DNA of 63,016 nt, filler included, from Chiloscyllium plagiosum (Eukaryota): assembly GCF_004010195.1 (NCBI RefSeq). It is 3 parts of one record of this genome, joined end to end, with 100 filler letters (N's around TTAATTAATTAA, not from the genome) between each part and the next. Parts side by side here need not be neighbours in the genome. Positions count along the whole stretch, not along the records: positions 29,657 to 57,455 come from NC_057710.1; positions 57,556 to 63,016 come from NC_057710.1; 1 more part is not named here. One strand, written 5' to 3'. The translations under genes and the position numbers were made by a program. The notes below the pieces were generated by a model. That model did not search any database and had not been told where the DNA came from. It saw only the letters and a list, made by a program, of their open reading frames with translations. Shown one piece after another: positions 50,565 to 63,016 of the stretch (positions are counted from its first letter, which is position 1; every line of letters starts with the position of its first letter).

Positions 50565-51080
50565 GAGCATTGTGCACCGAAATGGACGGAGAACTGGTTC
50601 ATAAACCGGCAAGATTGGAAATAAGTGGGTCTTTGTCCAAGTGACAGGTAGTGATTAGTATGGTAGTGCAAGGATCAGTGCTTGGACCCCAACCAGTCAT
50701 CATATATTTTCACGAGAGAATTCTCAGAAGCCTAGAAAGTTCTAACAAATCTAGACAGGATTAACACAGGAAGGATGCTCTTGATAATCAGAGTCAGTCT
50801 GCTGTTAAGGGGTGGTCTATTTAGATCAGAGATAAGGAGGAACTTCTTCACCCAGAGTGTGGCGAGCCTGCAGACCTTTCCCTGTTATAGGAAATGGCCG
50901 AGGGATTTGAAACACAAGACTTTCAAGAAAGATTCTTATATAGTTCTTCGGACTAAAAAAGGGACCAAAAAAAGGATGTGGGGGGGAGAGGGGCAAAAAA
51001 AAAAAAGGACCAACTGATGAGCTAGATGGTGGAGCAAGCACAAAGGGCTAAATAGCCTACTCCTGCTGCTCGATTCTAAT
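50565..51080 (+). mobile_element. Decayed CR1 fragment
   Basis: WTENWF..RQ, QGSVLGP, FRSEIRRNFFTQ. Confidence 0.65.
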
Positions 51081-51514
51081 GTTTAAAATACAGATCTTCC
51101 AAAGTCTCTTTGGTCCTCTGCCTATCACCATACTTCGTTCAATATCTATTTTCCAAAGCCCCAACCTCTCTGAAACATCTGATTCTTCTACACTACATGT
51201 ATTATAAAAATAGGTTCATTGTGAAACAGGAAGTTTCAATTAGTTTAGATTAAGCATTGCAAGAAAACAATGCACCCAATATATGGGTTCCATTATTTCT
51301 CAGGAATGTCAAGACTTAATTTGTTCCCTCTTCAGAGGATCCATTGAGAGCGATTCTGACTAACTTGAGCCATGTGATTATATAAAGAAAGAAGCTGGGA
51401 ATATTATCCAAATACCAAGTGTTTTACAATGCATTTGACTAGTTATAACAAATAATTTGAGCAAGATCATGATTCTTCAGCATTAAAAAAAAAGCACAGA
51501 TAAACTTTCTTGGT

Positions 51515-51800
51515 CACAAAAACAATTTGCTGAAAAAGCTCTGATGAAGGGCTAATGCCCCAAACTTCAATGCTCTTGTTCCTCGGATGCTGCCTGACTT
51601 GCTGTGCTTTTCCAGCAACACACAAAACTGCTAGAAAAGCTCAGGAGATCTGGCAGCATCCGTGGAGAGAAAAAGGAAGGATCATTTGATCCAAAACATT
51701 AACTGATTTCTCTCCACCAGATACTACCAGATTTCCTTAGCTTTTCCTGCAGTTTATTTTTGATTCATTTACAGCATTCACACTTCTTTTGATTTTTATG
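51515..51800. mobile_element. Composite of PLE-end fragments with a mutated hammerhead (51541-51568) and a fold-back
   Basis: CTGATGA-a-GGGC-taat-GCCC-cAAAC (core G changed to C). Confidence 0.65.
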
Positions 51801-52016
51801 TCATGCTTTCTTGGTAGCAGTCTCAGTCATATTCATTATAGACCAGTCACCTCTGGATCAAACTAAAAAACTTTAACGTTTTTTGCTTTACCACAGATAA
51901 TCAAGTATGGTCAATGTCAATTGAGTTTAAATTATCCCAACTCCAAGCCTGGCCAAAAAGGAAAATCTAACTTCAAGAATATTTGGGCAAGAATTTTAAA
52001 AAGTATTAGATCTTAC

Positions 52017-52151
52017 TTGGGAACTTCCTGAATGAATCTATCATATGCAATAGTATTCTTTCCATAGTTGATTTGCTTCTGTCTTCTCATCAATACTACT
52101 TCATCAGTTTCAAGTTCTGAAGGTGCCAATGATTCTCTGGAGCCACTCGAG
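52017..52151 (-). CDS. SLBP: SLBP exon (135 bp), first half of the RNA-binding domain: [44 protein letters not shown](K)
   Basis: [24 protein letters not shown] hallmark; ttttcag acceptor and gtaaga donor. Confidence 0.97.
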
Positions 52152-52771
52152 CTGAAAATGAGTAATTAGAGATTTAAGAGATTTTCCTAATCCTCAAATC
52201 AAGACATTATTAGTGAAGGAAAAAAAATCTAATTAGACAGTCAATGCATTTCTTTGTGTGCTGACACAGTGGCCTCTTTCTGCATTGTAACCATTCTGTG
52301 ATCAATATGCTCTAACCCAACTCAAAAAAAAAACTTCCCCAGTTTTAAAATCCCAAACTAGAAAAAAGTAACCAGTTTCAGATGCCACAGCCCAACATGG
52401 TAAGATTACAGATATAAAGCCTCAGGTGTATAAAATCCCATTCTCAATTATCTTGCAGGAGAAACAATATAAACCTGCATGTAATCAAGGAACTCTAACA
52501 CTCAAAGCAGGAAATGCTAGTAAACATCTGCAGGGGATACTGCACTGTGGCAGAGGTTACAGCAAGGCAAATCCTTTCTTTGGTTTGTAGCACGCAACTG
52601 AAATTTCAAAAATCCATCTCAAACATTCTACCTTCATCTCTTCATTTTGGAATGAAATTTAATTATTTGATTTTAGTCTCAATATCATGAGGAAAAACTT
52701 TGTAATACATTGTTGTGTAGTACATTGTGATCAAGCATGTATTATTAATCCTGTAAACACTTCATCTATAC

Positions 52772-52834
52772 CTTTCAGAAGAGTAACCCTTTTCATGATC
52801 ATTAAAATCGTTGAGCAGGAGACGTCTTTTGTAT
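52772..52834 (-). CDS. SLBP: SLBP exon (63 bp): YKRRLLLNDFNDHEKGYSSE(S)
   Basis: Matches vertebrate RYKRKLLINDF (RxL cyclin-binding region); ttctttcag acceptor and gtatag donor; phase 2->2. Confidence 0.92.
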
Positions 52835-54594
52835 CTGAAAGAATAAATTCAAATTGAAAAATATAATGATTAACAGTAGTGATATAATTGTAATGTCATT
52901 GAAACAGTAACTTAGAGGTAAGGTTATTGGGCTGCAGACAAAGATTCAAATCTCACCACAGCAGCTGGAACCTAATACAAGCAATATGTCTGGAATAGAA
53001 TGTAGTTTCAGTAAATTAACCATAGGTCATTCAACATACAAGACAGTTTTTCTTTTAAAAGGATGTCCTTTGGGAAGGACAAATACAGTCCTTACTCATC
53101 CTGGCTTATGCGACAGTGACACCCACATCCTATAGGAATAAAAAAAGTTTTCATTTTTTAAAGCTCCAAATACAGGGAAGCATAGCTTGCCATTAACAAA
53201 AATGGAATCTGTTCAACTCAATCACACCATTCCTTCAGGAGGTGCCCATTTAAAACAAAAAACCTGTTTAAAGATCAACTTCTGGATTTATTACAAGGCA
53301 ACTTATTTTAAAAGTAGAGCTTGACCAGACTTTAAAACAGACTTCCCATCAAAACAATAAAAGGTGAAAGCAACTGAGAAATGCAAGGACCAGACACAGC
53401 AATTGTAATGGAAGGACAGGTTTAGTAATATTCTTCATGGATAAACCCCAGACACAATGCATGGGTTGCTTTGTTGCTCCAAAAGCAATTCACAATGTAG
53501 TGGCAAGATTAGGTTTACTGGCAAACAAGTTAGCTGTAATAAAACATTACTTTTATTTTCCAAATTAACCAAAATGTTGGGTACATATTACAGTTTCTTT
53601 TTTTTTAAAGCAATGTTTACTGACACTGGCAACCATGCACATGTTCATTTGGGGAACAGCACAGTTCTGAACAAGTGATCATGTTGACTTCATGTGGAAG
53701 TGTGGTACTGCATATGCAATTTTTTACTGGGGTACAATAAATGTTTCCATTCCTGTTTTTCCACCTAGATCTTCTACTTTTGGTCCTGTGATGCTAGGTT
53801 TTCCCCTTCAAAATTTGGGTTTCTTCCCCCCTGCCCCCCCCCACAAGACCCTATCATACATGTTTATTCATTTAATTTCAGTGTTAGATTTCAATTTTTC
53901 TGTGTTATCACCACCCTTGACTCAGTTTGTTCCTGTCTCAAGGGGATCAGGCCAAAGCTACATAGTTTAGTTATCAGATTCAGTGCCCAGGCCTAGTGCT
54001 TGAGCATGCCTGGTGGTCATTGCCAATTTGGTTCGCGAAGTTTAACTTGTTGAGTTGTGTTACATTCATGTGGGTTTTTCACAAGATGTATAGATGTCAA
54101 AGCGTGGTGGTACATTTTAGTTGTTCACATGACATTGTTCTAAAAACAATTTGGATTACTTCACATAATGGACGACTCACAATACAATTTAAATATGATC
54201 AATATCTAGCGATAACAGAAGTTAAGACTGTATATTTTCCAAGGATTTTACTGAATTCACTATCCAGGTTGTTCCCAAAACTTAGAGTGACAACACCAGG
54301 TATTATGGAGAGGAGGAGATAATGGATGTGTGTGCTAGTGCACACAGAGACAAGGAAGCCCAGGTGGCAGAAAGGCCTCTCCCAGATCCCAACAGTCACC
54401 CTGGGTCCCGATTTCTTACCCCTTCCATTTCAATTTCTCCCTCCTCTGGATCATGTCTCTGCTCTCCTCCTCTTAGAGATATGTACGTGTGATTTACAGC
54501 AACACAAATTGGTGCCAGCAGCCTTTTTATTTGTTAAAAAGAGAACCTCACAGCCATTAGTCAATTCTATAGTTTTATTAGGCCCACAGAGGTA

Positions 54595-54719
54595 CAGTCA
54601 AGAGCATGGCGCTGGCAAAGCACAGCAGGTCAGGCAACACATTCTCCTGCTCCATGGATGATGCCTGACCTGCTGTGCTTTTCCAGCACCATGCTCTCAA
54701 CTCTAATCTCCAACATCTG
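54595..54719. mobile_element. Fold-back PLE-derived insertion with 11-bp TSD (ccacagaggta)
   Basis: TSD at 54584-54594 and 54720-54730; arms gagcatggcgctggcaaagcacagcaggtcaggca and tgcctgacctgctgtgcttttccagcaccatgctc. Confidence 0.8.
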
Positions 54720-54882
54720 CCACAGAGGTAGAGGCCAAGTCTCAATTCCCCTGCTGGCAACTATCCAAGCACAAAGTTAAATACAAATTATAAAGAAAAT
54801 TGCTTTCTAAAGTTTAAAGGGTGCATCCAGCAGAATATCTTTCAAGATCAGCCAAGTGACGGCTCTCTTCCTTGTCAAATCA

Positions 54883-55180
54883 GGGGCAACATGGTGGCTC
54901 ACAGTGGTTAGCATACTACCTCAAGTGCCAGGGACCCAGGTTCGATTCCACCCTTGAGTGACTGTCTGTTCCTGTGTCTGCATAGATTTCCTCCGGGTGC
55001 TCCAGTTTCTTCCCACAATCAAAAAACGTGCAGGTCAGGTGAATCGGCCATGATAAACTGCCCGTGACATTAGTCAGGAGCAAATATGGGGAATGAGTCT
55101 GGGTGGATTACTCTTCAGAGGGTCGGTGTGGACTTGTTAGGACGAAGGGCCTGTTTCCACACGGTGGGGAATCTAATCTA
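54883..55180 (+). mobile_element. HE1-like SINE
   Basis: GGGGCAACATGGTGGCTCACAGTGGTTAGC (A box), GGTTCGATTCC (B box), CR1-type tail ending aatctaatct. Confidence 0.85.
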
Positions 55181-56726
55181 AAAACAAACATCTGGGATTT
55201 AATCCAAAGCAATCCAACGTCATCCAAAATTTTTAAGGTCCAGGTATACTAACTGGTATTCTATAACAAATAGGCGTTGCAAATATCCAGTTAATAATTC
55301 ACGTTCTCGAACACATCTTAGTATTCAGTATTTTGTTTTGTAGAAAATGGGCATTGCTAAGAAAATCAAACAAGCTTAGATTTTACGACACTTAATTCTC
55401 TCAATAGGGGCCCAATCTTCACCAGGATGACAGACAAGAACTTCAAAGCAGGTGGCCTCATTTAGCCAAGAAGCTAGAGACATGAAGGTTGCAGTTCAGT
55501 AAAAAGACAGTTATTCACATGTTCTTAGAATTAAGGAAAACTTTGAAATTGAAAACAGTAATTTGCATTTCTACCAGTGAAACATGGCCATGGATGGTGT
55601 TCAAAGATGATAAGCTGGATTTTCCAAGTAGCAGTTATCACAGATTGCCACCCTGCCAAACACTCCATCCCCCTTTTTTTAAAAAAAAAGGGATGTCAGA
55701 ATGTCTCGAAAGATTCTGATCAGAGTTCCTTCAGAAATGCACAGCCATTCTTCTATTCTGACAGTTATTTCATGGTGTAGAACTGTCAGAGAAAAGGTTA
55801 ACCTCATCTTTTTTTTTTTACAGCCATCAGCTGTCATATTCTAAAATGTAAAGATCCAGACAGCTACTTAGTACTTGTCATTTGACAGCAGCTATCTAAG
55901 GCAGGTGTGATGTTAGGATGCTGGGAGAGTAGTTAAGTAGAATGCCAGGTAGCAGGATCAGAGTGTACCTTGGGGAGGGTGAAATGAGGTCTCACAGGGG
56001 ACAGGGGTGCTAGTGAGAGGAGTCTGTCCAGTGGTGTCAGGTCAGGATCTATGGAAAGAGGTCTGAGGTGATGTCGTTGGGAGTGGAGTGGCAAGAATGG
56101 GATCAGTTGAATAACTTTTCTCAAGTAAAACCTTAAATCTGAGCATTCTGATGCACTCGATTGGATTGAGGGTTCCAGGCATAGAGCTGTCAGGCCATCA
56201 GAAAACATAAGCTCTTGTTTGTTCAGAGTTACTTTGAATCTGTCAGCACATAACCAACAGCCAAGATTGGCTGAAAGAAGCAGCTAAAAGATTGTTAGTT
56301 TTGGGTCCTTTGTAGCTTCTAACTCCTTGGAAACCGATAAAGCCAGACCTACACCTGAAGAGCAAGTGAAAGATCTATTGCCTGTGACACAGCCTGGCAT
56401 CCAATATGAAACAAATTAGGAAAGGAATAGACTGATGGAAGAATTCTTCCCATTATCACCTGAACAAACATCAACAATCCCCTCAAAAACAGTTAAACCT
56501 TTTTGCAGTCAAAGTTCAGAAAACAATAGCCTCACTGCAGTTTGAAATCTTTTAAGGTAAGGATTTTTATTTCTTTACCAGGGACTAGTTAAAAATTTAC
56601 TTCGTTTTTTTTGTGTGTGTATACATCAAGTCCCTTTTTAGGGTAAAAAAAACTATAGCAGAGAGGTATCAGAAGGTATTCTAACTCATACTTGTACAAA
56701 GTAAGTAATTAACTAACTAAGCAGAG

Positions 56727-57455
56727 ATGGCTGGCCAGGTGATGTGCTGTTGCTGTATGATGTGGGAGCTGGCTGATCCCATTGTGAACGGCAGTGACCA
56801 CATCTGCAGCAAGTGTTGGTTGCTGGAAGAACTCCGGATCAGAGTTGATGATCTGGAATCTGAGCTTCAAACACTGCGGCACATCCGGGAGGGGGAGAGT
56901 TACCTGGACACTTTGTTTCAGGAGGCAGTCACACCTGGGAGATTAAGTAATTCACATTCAGCTAGTGATCAGGCACAAAAGAGTGTGACTGTAAGTCAGG
57001 CAGGTAGGGGGAACCGGAGTTCAGGAGTGCAGGAGCCTCAGCCCTTGACCTTGTCCAACAGGTACGAGATTCTTGCTCCCTGTACGGATGAGGAAAAGGG
57101 CTCTGGACAGGAAGAGCCAACTGACCAAGGCACCATGGTCCAGAAGGCCATTCAAGAGGGGGGAGCTAATAGACAAGTAGTGGTTATAGGGGATTCTATA
57201 ATTAGGGGGACAGATAGTATCCATTGCAAGCCGGATCGGGAGTCTCGCATGGTGTGTTGCCTGCCCGGTGCCAGGGTGAGAGACATCTCCGACCGTCTTG
57301 AAAGGATATTGGAGCGGGAGCGGGAGGATCCAGTTGTTGTGGTCCACGTTGGTACCAACAACATAGGCAAGACTAGGGTGGAGGACCTGTTTGGGCATTA
57401 TGAAGCACTAGGCAGGAAATTGAAGCACAGGTCCTCAAGGGTCATAACCTCCGGA
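56727..57455 (+). mobile_element. CR1 LINE ORF1 (N-terminal zinc finger/coiled coil plus SGNH esterase), intact up to the gap
   Basis: CCCCMMWE..HICSKC, heptad region, VVIGDSIIRG, CLPGARV, VVHVGTNN. Confidence 0.88.
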
Positions 57456-57555
57456 NNNNNNNNNNNNNNNNNNNNNNNNNNNNNNNNNNNNNNNNNNNNT
57501 TAATTAATTAANNNNNNNNNNNNNNNNNNNNNNNNNNNNNNNNNNNNNNNNNNNN
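57456..57555. other. Artificial 100-bp scaffold spacer (44 N + TTAATTAATTAA + 44 N)
   Basis: Same construct as 29557-29656. Confidence 0.95.
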
Positions 57556-58966
57556 GGTGAAAACTCGGCAGGGCTGGGAGCTGGGATCTTGTGTGGGTGT
57601 GGAGCTGGGAGTGGGGGCGGAACCTGTAACTGGAGTGTGTGGTGGTGGGGGAAATGGGGGTGGAGTCATAGAACCATTGCTAGCATTGATAGGTTTCTCA
57701 CCGGTTTCCCCTAGCTTTTCTCATAGCTAAAATCCCTCACCCCGGAATCATTCTGGTAAATCTTTTCCGCAGCCCTCATATCCTCCCTAAAGTGTGAGGA
57801 CCAGAACTGCATGCAATACTCTAGTTGAGTCTTAACTCGTACTTTTTAAAGGCTAAGTTAAACATCTCTGCCTTTGCACTCAATGCTCCTATTAATCAAG
57901 ATCTCATTTGCTTTGCTAGCTACTTTCAATATATCTTGCCACATTCAAAGATCTGAGCCTGGTCACCTTCAAAGGTCTGAAAAGATTCTGTCCAGAGAAT
58001 GCAAATTCATTCTCATGCAAAAATTGCCAATTGTACCTATATCAGAAAAAATTCCTCCCTTTCCCATGCCCCTTATGTTAACGTGTTTATGGAATTTGTA
58101 TTCAGGCAGGACCAGGTTCAAGACAGCCAGCCCCTTTTCCAGAGAATGACATGCCTACAGCCACTGCCCATTGTGCTTCATGGGAACAGCACAATTGCTA
58201 TGGATTCCAAACAAGGGAACATTAAGATCCTATTTTGCATTAAAGAAAGGTCATCCATGAAATGACTGTGGAATAATGGCAGATAGATGCTTAACATATT
58301 TTACCTGAAATTCCACTTTCCCTTATTTTAATTTATTTATCAAAATAAATTACATGTCTCTGTAAAAACAGTAGCATCTGACTGCAATTTCGAGGTTTGC
58401 AATGTTAAATTAAGTTAACATCTAGTTAAAATTCAAAGGCGCAGAATACGGATAATCTACAATTTCTGTCAGTCGTTCTCAGTGATGTGCTTTATTACCT
58501 AATACACTAAATATGAGAAAAGTACAAATAATGGATATTTTTCTCGTATAGTTCTCATTTCTTAAAACACAACTGGAGAACGAGCCTGGAGGCTGGAATA
58601 GCATAGATAATGGGAGACAGTAAATGGGCTATTTGTTACTCAAATCTGTCAACCTCTGGTTCTGATGATTCTATGGGGCACACAGATTACATTCAATGTG
58701 GGAATCTTCAAAGGTGTTAGAGAAGGTCTGGTGCCTAAATATAATTGCTACCCATTAAAAGAGGATGGTCAAAACAAAATGTGTGAATCAGAGTGACAAT
58801 TGCATACAAGTGGCTGAATGCTACACTGCATTATTCATTTCCTTAAGCACACACTCAACCTGCTCGTTCATTGTGTCTTCGTTCTCCAACTCTTTGCTCC
58901 CTGGTCTCCAACTATTTTCAATATGCTTATATCTATTTTTGGTTTCACTTTGGGGTGAGAATCATC

Positions 58967-59085
58967 GAGGAGAAAGTGAGGACTGAAGATGCTGGAAATC
59001 AGAGTCGAAAGTGTGGTGCTGGAAAAGTACAGCAGGTCTGGCTCCAAGGAGCAGGGGAATTGACGTTTCGGGCATAAGCCCTTCG
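58967..59085 (-). mobile_element. PLE pLTR fragment truncated within the hammerhead
   Basis: gaggagaaagtgaggactg...gacgtttcgggcataagcccttc. Confidence 0.75.
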
Positions 59086-59504
59086 TTGTGAAATATTCTT
59101 CTCCCTGATGTTAAGCAAAGTCCTACATTCACCACTTTAGGATGTGTGCATATGATTTTGATGCATTAAAAGACATGTACAAGCACTTAGACAGTATCAC
59201 TATGTGTAGAAAGATGTTGCGTTTATATATCATTTTTCATTCCCCCATGACATCCCAAAGCACCTCAGAATCAAGTGTTTTGAAGGGTACTCAGTGTTAC
59301 AGTGAACAAGACAATTAATTTGTGCAAAGCAAGGTTCTCTTGACAGAATAAGATGAATGACATGTTCATGTGTTTTATTGATGTTAGTTAGGGTATGACT
59401 GTTGTTCAAGACACCAGCAAATCTCCTCTGGTCTTTGAAAACTACCAGGGATCCTTCGCTGTCTATCCTTCCTGATTGATATGAATGGTACTTGCACATT
59501 GTAA

Positions 59505-61332
59505 ACTGGACTTAGGAGACCTAGAAGTGAGTATGAAAAAGCCATGGTGGGTATGATTAAGGAAAACCCCAAGGCATTCCATACTTCTGTGAGGAACAAG
59601 AGGATAACCAGAGTGAGGGTAAGGCCGATTAGGGACAGTGGAGGGAAATTGTGCCTGGACTCAGAGGAGGTAGGCGAGGTCCTTAATGAATACTTTGCTT
59701 CTGTATTCAGTACTGAGAGGGAACTTGTCATTTGTGAGGACTGCATGATATGCTTGAACAGGTTGAGGTTACGAAGGAGGATGTGCTGAAGATTTTGAAA
59801 AACTTAAGGATAGATAAGTCCTCTGGGCCTGACGGGATATACCCAAGGTTGCTACAGGATGCAAGGGAAGAGATTGCTGCGCCTTTGGCGATGATCTTTG
59901 TGCCCTCACTGTCCATTGGAGTAATACTAAATGATTTGAGGGTGGCAAATGTTATTCCCTTATTCAAGAAAGGATTACAGACCCTCAGTCATGCATCGGT
60001 GGTGGGCAAAGTATTGGAGAGGATTTTGAGAGACACGATTTATGATTATTTGGAAAATCATAGCTTGATTTGAGATAGTCAGCATGGCTTTGTGAGAAGC
60101 AGGTCACTCACAAACCTTATTGAATTCTTTGATGATGTGACAAAACACATTGATGAAGGTAGAACTGTGGATGTGGTGTGCATGAATTTTAGCAAGGCGT
60201 TTGATAAGGTTCCCTATGGTGAGCTCATTCAGAAAGTAAGGAGGCATGGGATACAGAGAAATTGGCTGTTTGGATACAAATTGGCTGGCCCATAGAAAAC
60301 AGAGGGTGGTAGCTGATGGAGAGCATTCAGCCTGGAGCTCAGTGACCAGTGGTGTTCTGCAGGGATTTGTTCTGGGACCTCTGCTCTTTGTGACTTTTAT
60401 TAAAGACTTGGATAAGAAAGTGGAAGGGTGGGTTAGTAAGTTTGCTGATGACACAAAGGTTGGTGGAGTTGTAGGTAGTGTGGAGGACTGTTGTAGGTTG
60501 CAACAGGACATTGACAGTATGGAAACTGGGCTAATAAGTGGCAGATGGAGTTCAACCTGGAATAGCGTGAAGCGATACATTTTGGAAGGTTGTATTTGAA
60601 TGCAGATTACAGGATCAAAGGCAGGATTCTTGGCAGTATGGAGGAACAGAGGGATCCATGTCCATAGATCCCTCAAAGTTGCTACCTAAGTTGACAGGGG
60701 TGTTAAGGAAGCATATGGTGTGTTGGTTTTATTAGCAGGGGATTGAGTTTAAGAGCAGTGAGATTATGCTGCAGCTGTATAAAGCCCTTGTTAGACCACT
60801 CATGTAATATTGTTTTCAGTTCTGGTCACCTTAACATAGGAAAGATGTAGAAGCTTTAGAGAGGATCCAGAGGAGATTTACCAGGATGCTGCCTGTTGGA
60901 GGGCACGTCTTATGAAGAAAGGTTGAGGAAGCTATGGGTTTTCTTACTGGAGCAAAGAAGGTTGCGAGGTGACATGATAGAGGTATATAAGATGATGAGA
61001 GGCGTAGAAAGAGTGGATAGCCAGAGATTGTTTTCCCAGTGTGGAAATGGCTATTATGAGGGATCATAATTTGAAGGTAATTGGACGAAGTTTAGGGGAG
61101 GTGTCAGTGGTAAAGGGAGACGTCAGAGAGTGATGGCTGCATGGAATACCCTGCCAGCAGTGGGAGTAATGTCAGATACATTAAGGACATTTAAGCGACT
61201 CTTGGATAGGCAAATGAATGATAGTAAAATGAAGGGTATGTAGACTAGTTTGATCTTAAAGTCGGATAAAATGTTGGCATAACAGGTTGAAGGGCCTGTT
61301 CTGTGCTGTACTGTTCTATGTTCTATGTTCTG
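59505..61332 (+). mobile_element. CR1 LINE ORF2 (RT) with (TTCTATG)n tail, frameshifted
   Basis: IKENPKAF, VLNEYFASVF, DKSSGPDGIYPRLL, FSKAFDKVP, KFADDTKVGG. Confidence 0.9.
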
Positions 61333-61699
61333 AACATTAAAAGACCCCTTGAAAGGAGCTTGCATTTTACCCTAATTAAACTTCTGTTCTATTACCTTTC
61401 CAATCATTCAATGAGAATGTTGTGAAATCTAGAAGTAAAAACAATGAGTTGTAAGTTTGCAGTAATTGGAGAGTTTTTTCAAATATTTCTTTTCCTCTCT
61501 GTTTAAGGGTGATCTCAGGTTCTGCATTCTCTCAGTCTTCATGAATTTTCCAGGACATTGGCTTTCACAGTGGAAGTAGGGACTTCGAAATAGACTAAAA
61601 TAAAGTTAAAAATAATTAAGCATTAATTTGATTACATATTGAACTTTGAGAATTGAAATTTACTTTCTAAAAATTAGCTGAAAGCAGTTCATTGTTAAT

Positions 61700-62055
61700 T
61701 TTGTTTACAAAATCATGAAGGGTATAGACAGGGTGGATAGAAACAAGCTTTTTCTCAGGGTGAAGGATTCAATAACGAGAGGTCATGCTTTCAAGGCGAG
61801 AGGTGGAAAGTTTAAGGGGGATACACGCAGCAAGTACTTTACACAGAGGGTGGTGGGCGTTTGTCAGCAGTGGTGGTAGAGGCAGACACGGTAGATTCAT
61901 TTAAGATGCATGTGGACAGATGCATGAGTAGGTAGGGAGCAGAGGGATACAGATGTTTAAGAATTGACCGACAGGTTTAGACAGTACATTTGGATTGGCT
62001 CAGGATTGGAGGGCCGAAGGGCCTGTTCCTGGGCTGTAAATTTTCTTTGTTCTTT
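61700..62055 (+). mobile_element. CR1 3' end, same family as 10021-10400
   Basis: Near reverse complement of 10025-10380. Confidence 0.85.
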
Positions 62056-62244
62056 TCTGTGTGGTAGTCAAAGCATTCAATTGGATTGTCAATCCTCCAG
62101 GATTGATTTGGAGTTTCCAGGAGTTAAATATTGCTGTGGGCAATCTAGGAGAAATTTCCATGTGTTCTTATGCATTTTTATTTGAAGAGTTTTGTTTATG
62201 AATTATAAAAAACATTGAAAGAGCGATATTGAAATATTTAAACT

Positions 62245-62840
62245 AAACCATGGGGGTGGGTTCCATTGTGCGGAAAATGATGGAAAAAGTTAAAGGTGGG
62301 GAGTGCTCAGGAGAGGTTATTAAAGTTTCCAGAACAAGTAATACGCCAGAGAATATGGAAAGGATCAGGAATCTAACTTCAGGCCCAGCAGATAAGGAGA
62401 CAACTACGAGAAGAGTGATTGTCAATGCAGGACTGAGGGTGTTGTACTTAAATGCATGCAGTGATGAAACAAGGTAAGTGAGCTTGGAGTACAGATTGAA
62501 AATGGTAGGTCCAATCTTGCACATATTGCAGAGATGTGACTGCAATGGGATCAGGTCTTGGGACTAAATATCCCAAAGTATGCATCCTATCAAAAGGAGT
62601 AGCAAATGGGCACAGGGGTATAGTTGCCTTCTTAGTAAAAATGAAATTAAATAAATAGTAAGAAGTCATATAGAAGGTACAGAATCGGTGTGAGTAGAGT
62701 TGAGGCCAAGTTATTGAGTGTATTTAAGCAAGGAGATCAAGGGTTATGGGGAGAAGCAGGAGAATAGGATTGAGAAACATATCAGCCATGATCGAATGGC
62801 AGGGCAGACTCAATGAGCTGAATAGCTTTCAATTGGGCTT
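62245..62840 (+). mobile_element. CR1 fragments (start of endonuclease plus 3' end)
   Basis: GLRVLYLNACS at the start of the APE domain. Confidence 0.65.
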
Positions 62841-62912
62841 CACAGATGCAGCTGACCAGCAGTAACAATGCTACACATAGAATGGAGTGCTGGTTGTGAT
62901 ATTGGCTTGGAT

Positions 62913-63016
62913 GAGGAGAAAGTGAGGTCTGCAGATGCTGGAGATCAGAGCTGGAAATGTGTTGCTGGAAAAGCGCAGCAGGTCAGGCAGCATCCAGGGA
63001 ACAGGAGAATCGACGT
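62913..63016 (-). mobile_element. Young PLE pLTR end, cut by the window edge
   Basis: Nearly identical to 36308-36411. Confidence 0.85.

Noticed and set aside
56727..57503. Host GDSL/SGNH lipase gene
   Set aside because: Intronless zinc finger plus esterase architecture is standard CR1 ORF1.

Overview
Eukaryotic (vertebrate) genomic DNA, almost certainly a shark or other elasmobranch, inferred from HE1-type SINEs and abundant CR1 and Penelope families. Most of the window is nested, decayed transposable elements: CR1 LINEs, Tx1-clade LINEs, Penelope-like elements (PLEs), an RTE remnant, a Gmr1-like Gypsy remnant, a hAT transposase fossil, a Tigger-like MITE and tRNA-derived SINEs. There are three assembly gaps. 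Almost all ORFs in the supplied track are TE fragments or noise. Reading splice sites by eye gives two spliced host genes on the minus strand. (1) The last five exons of histone stem-loop binding protein SLBP (52834->45913). (2) The first four exons of an unidentified gene (28.3 kb->7.5 kb; MSQASGGFLFPLGPLMGQKRVSP...). Its CpG-island promoter has three CCAAT boxes, an E2F-like site and a CDE/CHR element. It also has a spliced uORF, a DSG phosphodegron-like motif and an exon starting AG|GTAAG. Other notable signals are many minimal hammerhead-ribozyme motifs in PLE ends and in short fold-back insertions with target-site duplications (TSDs), a U2-snRNA-headed fragment abutting a Tx1 tail, a templated two-piece local duplication and a 21-bp micro-inversion. 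TE boundaries are approximate; exon coordinates were counted by hand.
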